Part shown: piece by piece, positions 38,632 to 51,780 of the stretch | How the letters are laid out: the number at the start of each line of letters is the position of its first letter | Numbering within the stretch: the stretch's first letter is position 1 | From: Eledone cirrhosa | Lineage: Eukaryota | NCBI GenBank assembly: GCA_964016885.1 | Contig: OZ024745.1 | Coordinates: forward strand, 94,426,001-94,490,000 | Direction of reading: 5' to 3' | Length of the DNA stretch: 64,000 nt | Program-made: the position numbers and the translations under genes | Notes under the pieces: generated by a model | Database searches by the model: none | What the model saw: the letters and a program-made list of their open reading frames with translations, nothing else | What the model was told of the DNA's origin: nothing

Positions 38632-41600
38632 ATGGCTGTGCTAAGAGTAGGGTGTCTAAATGCGCGTGGCCTGGGCTCGTCTTGGAAGCAAGCAATGCTT
38701 CTAAATGACCTCAGGTCACAATCTATAAATGTGATGGTTATCTGCGAGGCCCGGATCAGCAGCATGCGACAGCTAGCCCCCACCTTTGACGACTTTGAGA
38801 TGCACGCATCTCTCTGTCAGCCCGGAGGTGGGGGTGGGGTTGTCGTTCTGCTGCAAAAACATATGGGCCTTGCAACACAGATAGTTCACTTGGACCCAGG
38901 GGGTCGACTGGTGGTGCTGGACCTTGGCAGTGGTGAAGGTAGAGCCTTTAGGCTGATAGCCGCATATGCCCCTTTTGGGACAGAGCGGCCCGACTTTTTC
39001 CAGCGTCTGGAGTCTTTTCTAGGGACGTCCCGTTCCCTGCTTTTAGTGGGGGATTGGAATGGTATCCTGGATGCACGTTGGGACTATGCAGGGGCATGTC
39101 CCGATAGAGAGGGGTGCAACAGCCTCAAGGGGTTACTCGGCCGATTTGACCTGGCCGATAGATTTCGACTAGATTTTCCGACGGTGCCAACCTGGTCTTG
39201 GTCAAATCGCAGCGGATCATCTAGATCGTACCTAGATAGATTTTTAGTTAGAAATAAGGACAGGGACTTTTTAAGTTGTCCAGAAATGCTCATGGTTGGC
39301 TATTCAGACCACAAGTTGGTGACCTGCATGGTCAACCTTGATAGAACGCATAGACAGGGCCCCGGTTACTGGAAGCTCAACTTGTCCTTGCCGGCAAGTA
39401 GAGCCTACAGGAATCGGATTAGTACGTTAGTTAAGGAACGGTTGACTGGAGCGATCGTCAACAGCAGGTGGTGGGTATCTCTAAAGAGAGAGATTAGAGT
39501 AGTCTCGATTGAATTTAGTAAGGTTCTAGCTGCGGATAGGAATAGGAAGGAAAGGGAGCTAATAGATAGAGTAGAAGAGGCAATTAGAAGCGGCGACGTG
39601 GCCAGAGTGCTAGCGTCGAGAACGGCTTTGAGCCAGTTTTTCGACGCGAAGCACGAAGGCTGCGTTGTCCGAAGTAAAATACGTGCTCTAGGGAACGAGG
39701 GGGCCAAAGCTGTTAGCTGGGCCCGCGTGACAGAGGCCAACAGTGGAACTAAATCCACCATCCGGTCTTTGCGAGACCTGGATGGACGGGCGATTCTTGA
39801 GCCTAAGCAGATGTGTGAGGCCTTTCAAAGGCACTTTGCCCGACTGTTCGGGAGGGGCGGGGAGCCGGTTGGAAACGTGGACTTCGGTCCATACCTCGAC
39901 GGCCTGCCGCGCCTCTCGGACAGGGAGGCGAAGTCTTGCGAGGAGCCGATTTCGGCCGCTGAGATAGAGGACGTGCTGGGCCAATGCGGCAAACGCAAAT
40001 CCCCGGGTCTCGATGGTCTTCCTTACGAATTATATCTAGCTATGCCGGACTTGTTCCCCGATCTCCTCGAGGCGGTCTACTGCAACTGGCAACAGAACGG
40101 GAGAATTCCCTGTACTGTGACCAAGGGCGTAGTCACGCTAGTGAGGAAGGACGAGAACAAGGGGGACGAAATAAGTAACTTCAGGCCCATAACTCTGCTA
40201 AATACAGAGTTACAGATTTTGGCCAAGGTGCTAGCAAAGAGGTTGGCGCTTGTCGTGGGCAACCTGGTGGGAGATGCGCAGACATGCGCTATCCCGTCCA
40301 GGTCCATCCATGACAACCTCCACCTCATGCGATACATCATAGAGAGGGTTGGGAACGAACCCGGCTTTGGTGGGGCTCTGATCAACTTGGATCAATCTAA
40401 GGCGTTCGATAGGGTCGACCATGGTTACCTGGATGCGGTGCTAGCGGCGGCAGGCTTCGGACCCGTTTTCAGGGGCTGGATCACTGCTATGCACAGCAGC
40501 CGCATCTGCTCTAGGGTCAAGGTGAACGGCTACCTCTCGGAGCCGTTCAAAATCGCGCGGTCCATCCGACAAGGGTGCCCTCTCTCCTCCCTTCTGTATG
40601 TGTTGACTCTCGAGCCACTACTGCGGAAGTTGGAGTTGTTGCAGGGCATCCCTTTGGAACCGGGATTGCGGAAAGCGGTGTCAGCCTACGCCGATGATGT
40701 GACAGTAATGGTGTCGACGGCCTCCGAAATCGAGGCGGTCGGCACCTTACTGGAGGAGTACGAAAAGTTCACAGGGGCTAAGCTGAACCGGGACAAGTCG
40801 ATCGGTTTGCAACTCGGCACGTGGAGGGGCAGACCGATGCCCTCCGATGGCGTCGTCGGACGCTGGACGGAGGGCCCGGTGAAGTTGCTCGGGGTCTGGT
40901 TCGGACCGGACCTCCAGGTGGAGAAAAACTGGGCGGAGGTTACGAACAGGGTGTTTGCACTGACCCAGAAGTGGGCCAGTTGCAAACTATCCCTGAAAGG
41001 TCGGGCGGAGGTGGCGAACACTTATATAGCGTCCGTCATCTACTACCGCCTGACCGTAGTGCCCTGCCCAAGGGAAACCCTCACCAAGATGGAGCGCGCG
41101 CTCTTCCAATTCCTTTGGAAGGGGCGGGCTCCTATGGTGAGGAGATCCATCTGCTGTCAACACCCTTCGAAAGGAGGGCTGGGGATGCCGTGGCTAATGA
41201 TGCGTAAACACGCATTAAGGCTACGGCACCTCTACGTATTCCTCACCGGACAACCGGTGTGGGCCCCGTTTGTGAGACGAACCTTTCCCAGACTCGTCTC
41301 ACTCACCGAACTGCAATCCTGGGTCAAGCAGAGACCGAGAAAACTGGGCGCCTGGCACACTGAGTGTGCCCAGGCGCTCACCGCCCTCTGGCAGGCGGAT
41401 CCGGTTATCAGTGGAGACTCCACCGCAACATTCTATAGAGGGCTGGTACGCAGCAGGTGCGACGACGCCCTCGGAGAAGCCCTAGACATGGAGGAGGACG
41501 AACTGGCCAGCCTGTTCGGTAGGACATTCAGCCCGGGACCTATGGACAACTTCCAGAAGTCCCTGGCCTGGCAGTGCTACCGAGGGGCTTTACCCGTTCG

Positions 41601-42069
41601 AGAAAGGCTCTACAGACACGGGCGCCCGGGTAGGGACCCCGCCAAAAAGATCTGTCCCAGATGCGTGTGCGACGAGGAAACCGTTGCACACGCATTGGTA
41701 CACTGCTCGGGCGTAGCCGATCTGTGGGGCTATGTCGAACAACTGCTGTCAAGGGTGGGACCGATCCGGTTGACCACCGAGTCTATTGTAATGATCAAGC
41801 CGCCTCCCCCCTTCAAAGATGAAGCAGAGGCGGTGTTTCTGTGCGTAATAGCCATGGCGAAAGAGGTTGTATGGTGGACGCGTCTGAAAGGACTGAGGTC
41901 GGGCGCCTTTCTCTCTGGCCAACAACTGGTCCGTTTCTTCCGATATCATTTCGGAAGAAGGATCAGGATGGAGAGAGAGGTGCTGCACCCCAGTCGTTTT
42001 TATGAAAGGTGGGTGAAAGTGGCGAGAATGGCCCGTGTGAATGGGCCTTCTCTTTACATAAGCCTGTAG
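38632..42069 (+). CDS. Tx1 ORF2p: APE endonuclease + reverse transcriptase + C-terminal CCHC (1145 aa)
   Basis: LNARGL, ICE, YAP, GDWN, YLDRF, SDH (endonuclease); KSPGLDGLP, FRPITLLN, LDQSKAFDRV, IRQGCPLS, YADD (RT); CPRC..ETVAHALVHC. Confidence 0.95.
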   Translation: MAVLRVGCLNARGLGSSWKQAMLLNDLRSQSINVMVICEARISSMRQLAPTFDDFEMHASLCQPGGGGGVVVLLQKHMGLATQIVHLDPGGRLVVLDLGSGEGRAFRLIAAYAPFGTERPDFFQRLESFLGTSRSLLLVGDWNGILDARWDYAGACPDREGCNSLKGLLGRFDLADRFRLDFPTVPTWSWSNRSGSSRSYLDRFLVRNKDRDFLSCPEMLMVGYSDHKLVTCMVNLDRTHRQGPGYWKLNLSLPASRAYRNRISTLVKERLTGAIVNSRWWVSLKREIRVVSIEFSKVLAADRNRKERELIDRVEEAIRSGDVARVLASRTALSQFFDAKHEGCVVRSKIRALGNEGAKAVSWARVTEANSGTKSTIRSLRDLDGRAILEPKQMCEAFQRHFARLFGRGGEPVGNVDFGPYLDGLPRLSDREAKSCEEPISAAEIEDVLGQCGKRKSPGLDGLPYELYLAMPDLFPDLLEAVYCNWQQNGRIPCTVTKGVVTLVRKDENKGDEISNFRPITLLNTELQILAKVLAKRLALVVGNLVGDAQTCAIPSRSIHDNLHLMRYIIERVGNEPGFGGALINLDQSKAFDRVDHGYLDAVLAAAGFGPVFRGWITAMHSSRICSRVKVNGYLSEPFKIARSIRQGCPLSSLLYVLTLEPLLRKLELLQGIPLEPGLRKAVSAYADDVTVMVSTASEIEAVGTLLEEYEKFTGAKLNRDKSIGLQLGTWRGRPMPSDGVVGRWTEGPVKLLGVWFGPDLQVEKNWAEVTNRVFALTQKWASCKLSLKGRAEVANTYIASVIYYRLTVVPCPRETLTKMERALFQFLWKGRAPMVRRSICCQHPSKGGLGMPWLMMRKHALRLRHLYVFLTGQPVWAPFVRRTFPRLVSLTELQSWVKQRPRKLGAWHTECAQALTALWQADPVISGDSTATFYRGLVRSRCDDALGEALDMEEDELASLFGRTFSPGPMDNFQKSLAWQCYRGALPVRERLYRHGRPGRDPAKKICPRCVCDEETVAHALVHCSGVADLWGYVEQLLSRVGPIRLTTESIVMIKPPPPFKDEAEAVFLCVIAMAKEVVWWTRLKGLRSGAFLSGQQLVRFFRYHFGRRIRMEREVLHPSRFYERWVKVARMARVNGPSLYISL

Positions 42070-42341
42070 GTGGAAAAGAGGAAGGAACGAGGGAGCACCC
42101 CCTCTCTGTGCTCCTGAGGAAAAGGGTTGCACACTTTTTTCGGGGGTGTGTGCGACCCCCCAAGGCGCCTCCTCTCTATTGAGGATTTTGTTAAAAATTT
42201 TATTTTTTGTTATATCTTATTTTATTTTTATATTTTGTTATTGCCTCCTCCTTATTGAGGACGCCTTTTTGTGTAAACTCCCCCCTTTGTACTTGTCCCA
42301 CTTTTGATGCCCTAGTGGCAAATAAAAGAAACTTATCTATC

Positions 42342-45300
42342 AAAACAAACAAATCTTGCAATCAGTCATTAGAAGTGGTGGAGAGGCGGTAAGAGTGTTA
42401 AGTTCGCAGTCACCTCCTCTTACCACCTCAGTGAAAGACATCGAAAATGTCAGTTTTGAAAACACAATGTCGGACGTTGATTGTAACATCAACACTAACA
42501 CAAACACCAATAACATGCAAAATATAAACAATACCAACCAGAACAACAACAACAACAACAACAGCTATAATGACAACAAGAACAACAACAGCAATAATGA
42601 TAACAACAACACCACCAACAACAGCAACACGAACAACTCCACGAACAAGGAAAAGATTTCCTTTGCTCAAACCCTCCAAAAGACGGAACTGTTCACATAC
42701 CTTGACATTTCCAATGCAAAACAGTATGTAACTTTTGATGAGAGTGGTGCTTTCAGCATCACTTCTCCTCAACAGTTACGCAGAGAAACTGTTCTAAAAA
42801 CAGTAATTTTTAGGACGGTTTCAAATGTGTCGAAAAAACCAGTTCAATTATCCCAAAACGATATTGAACAGGTTCTGAAGAATTCCATGAAGGATATTGC
42901 CTTCATCCAAAAAGGGAAACTTTTTGGAAACATTTCGGTGTTGTTGAAAGACCAATTGACGGCACAAAAATATTCTGTATCGGCGATTGTGTCCCCCCCC
43001 CCCTTTACACCTTTTTCCCCACATATATGGGAAAAAGGACACAAAAGATAAAAATTTCGAACATTGCACCAAATGTAAACGTCTGGTGGATTTTAACTGG
43101 CTTCATCGATTTCGACGAAGACACGATCATTTCGGTGGGAAAGTCCTCCAGAGGCACATTCAATGGTACAAACATGGATGTTCTGGTCCAAATGAGGCCA
43201 GAACGGATAGCTAAAATACCCCAACGTGTGCCTCTGGATGGAATTTCACACATAAACATTTCTGTGGAGAGTAGGCGGCCTTCATGTTACCACTGTTTAA
43301 GCAGTGGTCACAGTTACTGTCCTCAGTTAACTACAAAAAAAACAGGCACTACTGCCAACACCCAAAACAACAACACAACCACCACCACCACCACCACCAC
43401 CACCACCACCACAACAACAACAACAACAAGCAAACATAACCAAAACAAGAACAACAAACCAACCTGCAAGCACAGTCTCATCCAACCCCACTCCACCTAA
43501 AACCACTGCAAAAACACCCACAAACACAACAGCTCCCCAAAATATACCCCTTCCAAATAACACAGACACCACAACGGACGAGGCCCCCTCATCATCACCA
43601 AGTGACGATGAGGGAGAGCCTCTCCGTTCGAAAAGAAAGAAGAAAAGACACCACAAGAACAAAAAAACAACAAACATCACTACAAACATACAACCACCAA
43701 CACAAACAACACAAACATTACAAACAAAAAACCCCCGTCCCGAAAACAAAACCACGAGATCACTCAAAACACAAACACCTACAACAAAACGAAAGCTTCC
43801 ACAAGAACAACAGACAAAAACCACCGCAACACAAGAACATTACACATACATAAACAGTAAAAACAAAACTTTAATGGAGGTCATCTCCAACGACCCTTCG
43901 GTTTTCACCGAAGGGAAAACTTTTTCGAACTGTGTAGACAAACCTAATTTAAAGATGGTTAGGGTCCCTACGGACACCTATAAGTCTTTAAATGAAAACT
44001 TTCCTAAGGACGTGGGTTATCCTTGTGTTAAATCCTAATTAACCGCGTCCTTTTAAAATGTCCCCCCCCCCTCACCCAAGACCCCCCCATCAGACCCCCC
44101 CCAAACATCTCCGTCCTCACCCCGCCGGAAACCACCACCCACCCAGACAACCCCTCTAACACCCCCATGGAAATCGTGCGGCCTGATCCCCGGGAGACGA
44201 AGAGGTGACTGTTTTCTTCTCTTCTTTTAACTTTTCAGAACCGACATGGCCAATATAAGAGTTGGATGTGTGAATGTACGCGGCCTGGGGATGCCCCGGA
44301 AACAGGGCAAATTCTTAAACGACCTCAGGTCGCACAGTATGGATGTAGTAGCCATTTGCGAGTCCAGGATCCACAGCGAGCGACAGCTGGCCCCCATCTT
44401 CGATGACTTTGAGATCTACGCATCTCTCTGTCAGCCGGGGGTGGGGCGGGGTTGCCGTTTTGGTGCGGAAACACCTGGGCCTCGTAACACAGACGGTAGA
44501 TCTAGACCTGGAGGGTCGACTGGTGGTCCTAGATGTTGACGGTAGTGAAGGTGGAGCCTTCAGGCTGGTGGCCGCATATTCCCCATCCGGGACACCGCGG
44601 CCAGATTTCTTCAAACGTTTAGAGACTTTTCTGGGAACGTCCTGCTCCTTGCTTTTAGTGGGGGACTGGAATGAAATCCTAGATGCACGTTGGGACTGTG
44701 TGGGAGCATGTCCCGATAAAAGGGGGTGTGTAGCAGCTGATTTGACCTGGCCGATAGATATCGACTAGATTTTCCGACTGTGGCACTGTGGACGTGGACT
44801 AATTTTAGCGGAACATCTAGATCGTACCTAGATAGGGTTCTAGTTAGAAATAAGGATAGGGACATGTTAAGCTGTCCACAAATGTTCATGGTTGCCTATT
44901 CAGATCACAAACTAGTGACCTGCATGGTCAACCTTGATAGAACCCATAGACAAGGACCCGGCTACTGGAAGCTGAACTTGTTGTTAACGACATGCAAAGC
45001 CTACAGTAGACGGATTACCACTTTAGTTAAACAGCACTTGACAGGGGCCATTGTCAACAACAGATGGTGGTACTCTCTCAAGAGGGCAGTTAGATTAGAC
45101 TCGTTAGTTTTTAGTAAAGAATTAGCGTTAGATAGAAATAGGACCGAGAAGGAACTGGTAGATAAAGTAGAAGAGGCAATTAGAAGTGGCAACGTAGCCA
45201 GCGTGTTAGCAACGAGAACGGCCTTGGACCAGTTCTTCGACGCAAAGCACGAGGGCTGCGTTGTCAGAAGCAAAATACGGGCTCTGGGAAACGAGGGAGC

Positions 45301-47847
45301 CAAAGCTGTTAGCTGGGCCATAAGTGGCAAAAAGTGGCAACAGGTCCACGATTCGGTCTTTGAAAGACCAAGACAGACGCGTGATACGTGAGCCGAAGCA
45401 GATGTGTGCGGCCTTTCAGCGGCACATTGTTCAACTGTTCGGGCAGGGCGGCGCGCCGGGAGGGGCTATGGATTTCGGTCCATACGTCGACGGCCTACCG
45501 CGACTCTCGGACAGCGAGGCGAAGTTCTGCGAAAAGCCGATTTCAGCCGCTGAGATAGGGGACGCGATGAGCCAATGCGGCAAACGCAAATCTCCAGGTC
45601 TCGACGGTCTACCCTACGAAGTTTACGTAGCAATGCCGGACTTATTCTCCGGTCTCCTGGAAGCGGTCTACTGCAACTGGCAGCAGAACGGGAGAATTCC
45701 CAGTTCTGTGACCGGGGGCGTAGTCACACTAGTCAGGAAGGACGAGAATAAGGGGGATGACATAGGCAACTTCCGGCCCATAACTCTGCTAAACACAGTT
45801 ACAGATTTTGGCCAATGTGTTGGCAAAGAGGCTGGCGCTTGTCGTCGAGAACCTGGTGGGAGAAGCGCAGACATGCGCAATCACGAACAGGTCCATACAC
45901 GACAACCTCCACCATCATAGAAAGGGTGGGGTGTAAACCCTGCTTCGGTGGGGCCCTGATCAACTTGGATCAGTCTAAGGCTTTCGATAAGGTTGACCAT
46001 GGTTACCTAAATGCGGTGCTCGAGGCGGCAGGCTTCGGACCCCTGTTCACGGGCTGGATTGCTGCAATGCACAACAGAAACATCTGCAACATCTGCTCGG
46101 AACCGTTCTATATCACGCGATCCGTTCGACAAGGATGCCCTCTCTCCTCCCTTCTGTACGTACTGACTCTCGGGCCAACACTGCGGAAGTTTGAGCTATT
46201 GCAGGGCATCCCTCTTGAACCAGGACTGCGGAAAGCGGCGTCGACCTACGCCGACGACGTGGCAGTAAAGGTGTCGAGCGCCTCGCAAATCGGGGAAGTC
46301 GGCACCGTACTGAAGGAATACGAAAGGTTCACAGGAGCGAAGCTGAACCGGGACAAGTCCATCGGTTTGCAACTCGGATCGTTGAGAGGCAAACTGATGC
46401 CTTCCGATGGCGTCGTCGGACGCTGGACGGAAGGACCGGTAAAGCTGCTCGGGGTCTGGTTTGGTCCGGACCTCCAGGTGGAGAAGAACTGGAACGAGGT
46501 GACGGCCAAGGTGTTTGTACTCACCCAGAAGTGGGCCGAGTGCAAACTATCCTTGAAAGGTCGAGTGGAGGTGGCGGACACTTTGATAGCGTCCGCCATC
46601 TACTACCGATTGACCGTCGTGCCTTGTCCAGCCAAAACGCTCACCAAAATGAAGCGCGCGCTCTTCCAATTCCTTTGGAGGAGGCGGGCTCCTTTGGTGA
46701 GAAGATCCATCTGCTGCCAACACCCTTCCAACGGAGGGCTGGGGCTGCCGTGGCTGACGATGCACAAACACGCGCGCAGGTGGCGGCATCTCTACGTATT
46801 CCTCACCAGACAACCGGTGTGGGCCCCGTTCGTGAGGCGAGCCTGACAACGACTCGTCTCGCTGACCGAGCTGCAGTCCTGGGTCAAGCAAAGCCGAGGA
46901 AAATGGGCGACTGGCATATCGAATGTACTCAGGCGCTCACACCCCTCTGGCAGGCGGACCCGGCGATCAGTGGAGACTCTACTTCGTCATTCTATAGAGG
47001 GTTGATCCGCAGCAAGTGAAACTCTAGGCGTAGAGGAAGATGAACTGGCCAGTCTGTTCGGTAGGACCTTCCGCCCGGGACCGATGGACAACTTCCAAAA
47101 GTCCCTAGCCTGGCAGTGCTACTGAGGAGCTCTACCAGTTCGAGACAGGTTCTACAGACATGGGCGCCCGGGCAGGGACCCTTCGAAAAAGATCTGCCCG
47201 AGGTGCGTGCGCGACGAAGAATCCGTCGCGCACGCATTCACACACTACCCCGGCGTTACCGACCTGTGGGGCTATGTAGAACGACTATTGTCCCGGGTGG
47301 GACCAATCCGGTTGACCACCGAGTCCATTGTCATGATCAAACCGCCACCCTCCTTCAAAAATGTAGGAGAGGCGGTTTTCCTTTGTGTGATAGCTATGGC
47401 GAAAGAGGTTGTATGGTGGACAAGGTTGAAAGGGCTGAGGTCAGACACCTTTCTCTCCGGCCAACAACTAATTCTTCTTTTCAAATACCACTTTAGAAGA
47501 TGAATCAGGATGGAGAGAGCGGTGCTGTACCCCAGCAAGTTTTATGAAAGGTGGGTGAAAGTGGCGAGAATGGCCCGAGTGAATGGGCCTTCTCTCTATA
47601 TCAGCCTGTAGGTTGAGGAAAAAGAGGAGGTGAGGAAAGGGGTACAAACTCTTCGTACTCCTGGAGATGAGGGTTGCACATTTTACGGAGGTATGTTTTA
47701 CCCATATGTAATGTCTCGCCCTATTGGGGAAAATCGATTAACTTTTAAATTGTATTTGTGATAGTATTTTACACGTTTTTATTGTATGTAAACTTCCCCC
47801 TTTGTATTTGTCCCCTTCTTTTGTGCCCCTGTGGCTAATAAAGAAAC
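42342..47847 (+). mobile_element. Tx1 copy D, truncated near ORF1 start, decayed
   Basis: ORF1 remnant to 44208, ORF2 44246-47611 with frameshifts; ends AATAAAGAAACATATCTATC. Confidence 0.92.
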
Positions 47848-47856
47848 ATATCTATC

Positions 47857-50800
47857 AAAACAAACACCCACACCACCACAATCACAAACCCCAACCACAA
47901 AAAGAAAACTACAAAGAGAAACAGTACACATAAAAAACAAAACACACTACACATACATAAAAACAAGAAACAAAGAACTGGTGGAAACTGTCCGAAAGGA
48001 CCCCACAATACAAACGGAAGGGAAAACCTTTCCCACCAACGACCAACCCCCAAACCTCAAACTTATCAGGGTAACAACCCTACAGTATGAAAGTTTAAAA
48101 GAGAACTTCCCACATGATGTGGGCCCCCCTTGCCAAAAGCCGCTTAACCGTGTCCTGCTAAAAGGATTCCCTCCCTCCCAAAACACCACCAATCTGGACA
48201 TGGAGATCGAACAACCCGACCTCCAGGAAACGAAAAGGTAAGTGTTCCTGCCTTTTCTCTCCTTAACTCTTCTTCACCAACATGGCGACTATACAAGCTG
48301 GATGTTTGAATGTACGTGGCCTTGGCATGCCCTGGAAACAGGGCCAGTTTTAAATGATCTCAGGTCACATTGTATAGATGTGATAGCCATCACCGAGTCC
48401 AGGATTCACGACAAGCAGCAGCTATGTCTATGATTTTGAGATCTACGCATCTCTCTGTCAGTCAGGAGGTGGAGGGGGAGTTGCTGTTCTGTTTCGAAAA
48501 AACTTGGATCTCAAAATACAGACGATTCAGTTGAACCCGGAGGGCAGCCTGGTGGTCCTGGACGTGAATGGTAGTGAAGGTGGAGCTTTCAGACTAGTGG
48601 CCGTATATGCCCCGACTGGCACATCGCGACCAGAGTTCTTCAAGCGTCTGGAGCCATTCCTGGGAACGTCACGCTCCTTAGTGTTAGCGGGGGATTGGAA
48701 TGGCATCTTAGACGCACGTTAGGACTATGTAGGAGCTTGTGATCATAGAGGCGGGGGGGGGGGGGTGTAATCGCCTCAAAAATCTCATCAGTCAATTCCA
48801 ACTGGCTGATAGATATCGACGAGACTTCCCAAGTGTACCACTGTGGACGTGAAGCAACCGCACTGGGTCTTCTAGATCGTATTTAGATAGATTTTTGATT
48901 AGATAAGGAAACATTAAGCAGATTAGATAAGGAAACATTAAGCTGTTCACAAATGCACATGGTTGCCTATTCAGTCAACCTTGATAGAACACATAGACAG
49001 GGACCCGGATACTGGAAGCTAAACATGTCGCTCTCGGCGCGTAAGGCCTACAGTAAACGGATTAGCACCTTAGTTAAGTGTCAGTTGACGGGGGCGATCG
49101 TCAGCAACAGGTGGTGGAGCTCTCTCAAGAGAGCAATTAGAATAGAATCGATAGCATTTGACAAGGACGTAGCTTTAGAAAAAACAAAACTGTAAAGGAA
49201 CTAGACCAGTTCTTCAGCGTGAAACACGACGGTTGTATTGTCAGAAGTAGAACACGTGCTCTAAGAAACGAGGGAGCCAAAGCTGTTAGCTGGGCCGAGT
49301 GGCAGAAGCGAAAAGTGGCAACAAATCCATTATTCGATCTTTGCAAGACAAAGATGGACGCATTCTACTTAAACCCAAGCAGATGTGCGCGGCCTTCCAG
49401 CAGCATTTTGCACAACTGCTCGGACAAAGCGGTTCATCGAGCGAGGTGATGGACTTCAGCTCCTACCTCGACGGCGTACCGCGACTCTCTAGCATGGATG
49501 CGAAACGCTGCGAAAGGCCGATCACAGCGGGCGAAATAGAAGATGCCCTAGGCCGCTGCGAGAAACGCAAACCACCAGGTTAAGATGGTCTACTCTATTA
49601 GTTTTAAATAGGCATGCCAGACTTGTTCTCTGGCGTCCTCGAAGCGGTCTACTGCAACTGGCAGCAGAACGCGAGGATTCCCAGTTCTGTAGGCAGAGGC
49701 GTAGTAACGCAGATCATGAAAGATGATAACAAGGGGGATGAGATAAGCAATTTCAGGCCCATAACATTGAGTTAAAGATTTTGGCCAAGATGTTAGCAGC
49801 AAGGCTGGCGCTTGTCGTCGAGAACCTGGTAGGGGAAGCTCAAACGTGTGCAATCCCGACCAGGTCTATACACGACAACCTCCACCTCATACGATACATC
49901 ATAGAGAAGGTAGGGTGTAATCCTGGTTTCGGTGGGGCTCTGATCAATTTAGATCAGTCTAAGGCATTTGACAGGGTCGACCATCAATACTTGGAAGCAG
50001 TTCTCAAGTCGGTCGGCTTCGGTCCCGTCTTCAGATGCTGGATCGCTGCCATGCACACCAGCATCTGCTCGACAGTCAAGGTGAATGGCTACCTATCAGA
50101 GCCATTCCAAATCATGCGTTCTATCCGTCAGGGATGCCCTCTCTCCTCCATTCTGTATGTACTGACTCTAGAGCCGTTACTGCGGAAATTGGAGCTGTTG
50201 CAGGGCATCCCGAATACGAAACGTTGACAGGAGCAAGACTAAACTCAAACAAGTCTGTCGGTTTGCAATTCGGCTCATGGAGAGGCAAGCCCATGCCTTC
50301 CGACTGTGTCGTTGGACGCTGGACGGAAGGACCGGTGAAATTGCACGGGGTCTGGTTCGGTCCAGACCTCCAGGTGGACAAGAACTGGAACGAGGTCACG
50401 GCGAAGGTGTTTGCACCCACCCAGAAGTGGGCTGAGTGCAAACGCTGCTTAAAAGGCCGAGCGGAGGTGGCGAACACTTACATAGCGTCCGTCATCTACT
50501 ACCGCTTGAGAGTCGTGCCTTGCCCCCGCGAATACCTTACCAAAATGGAACGCCTACTCTTCAAGTTCCTCTGGAAGAAACAGGCTCCATTGGTGAGAAG
50601 ATCCATCCGCTGTCAACACCCTTCTAACGGAGGGCTGGGCATGCCGTAGCTGCTGATGCGCAAACATGCGCTGAGGCTACGCCATCTCCAGGTATTCCTG
50701 ACCGGTGAACCGGAGTGGCTTTCGTTTGTGAGACAAGCTCTTCCACAACTCGTCTCACTAACAGAGCTGCAGTCCTGGGTCAAGCAAAGACCGAAAATGG

Positions 50801-51769
50801 GTGCCTGGCACCTCGAGTACCTACAGGTGCTCGTAGCCCTCTACCAAGCGGAAACGGCAATCAGCGGAGACTCCACTTCGCATTCTATAGGGGATTAGTG
50901 GAGGATAAGTGCGACGATGTTCTCGGGGAACTTCGAGGCATCGAGGAGGACGAACTGACCAGTCTGTTCGGGAGGACTTTCCGTCCAGGGACTATGGATA
51001 ACTTCCAGAGCACTCTGGCCTGGCAGTGTTACCGAAGAGCTCTACCAGTTCGAGACAAAATCTACAGGCACGGACGCCCTGGCAGAGATTTTGCCAAAAG
51101 GACATGTCCAAGATGCGAGCAGGACATCGAAATCGTTCTGCACGCAATTGTTCAGTGCCCAGGGGTGACCGACCTGTGGAATTATGTTGAACAGCTGCTG
51201 TCACGCGTGGGAGGCATCCAGTTGTCAGCCGAGTCCATCGTGAGGATCACCCCTCCGCATACATTTAAGAACGAAATAGAGGCGGTTTTACTCTGTCTGG
51301 TGGCTATGGCGAAAGAGGTAATATGGTGGACGAGGTTAAAAGGACTGAAGGCAAACACCTTTCTCTCCGGACAACAACTTATCCCCTTCTTTAAGTATCA
51401 CTTCTGAAGGAAGGTGAGTGTGGAGAGAGAGGTGCTACACCCCAGTAAATTCGCTGAAAGGTGGGTGAATGTGCCAAAAATGGCCCGAGTGAATGGGCCT
51501 TCTCTGTATATAAACCTGTAGGTTGAGGAAGATTAACAGAGGGAAGACAGGAACACCTACAAAACGTGTTCCTGGTGTTGAAGGTTGTTCTATCTACGGG
51601 GTGTAAAACAACCCTGCAATAACGTCCCCCCCCCTTCTAGGTATTTCAATTGTTATTTTATTATATATAGTTTATTGTTATTTATTAATGTTAAAGTTAT
51701 TTTTATGTAAAACTCCCGCCGTCACGTCTTGTAATGTCCCATTTTTGTACGCCCCTGTGGCAAATAAAG
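47857..51769 (+). mobile_element. Tx1 copy E, 5'-truncated in ORF1, decayed
   Basis: ORF1 C-terminus to 48241, ORF2 48282-51521 with deletions and stops; close relative of copy G. Confidence 0.92.
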
Positions 51770-51780
51770 ATATCTATCTA

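Larger units (their letters stand above)
36539..42333 (+). mobile_element. Tx1-clade LINE copy B, full length with intact ORFs
   Basis: 5'UTR, uninterrupted ORF1 and ORF2, 3'UTR ending GTGGCAAATAAAA then TATCTATC. Confidence 0.95.

Noticed and set aside
42070-42309. Transmembrane-like ORF1 extension created by the proposed splice in copy B
   Set aside because: Hydrophobicity follows from the T-rich UTR, and the frame closes early in copies A, D and F
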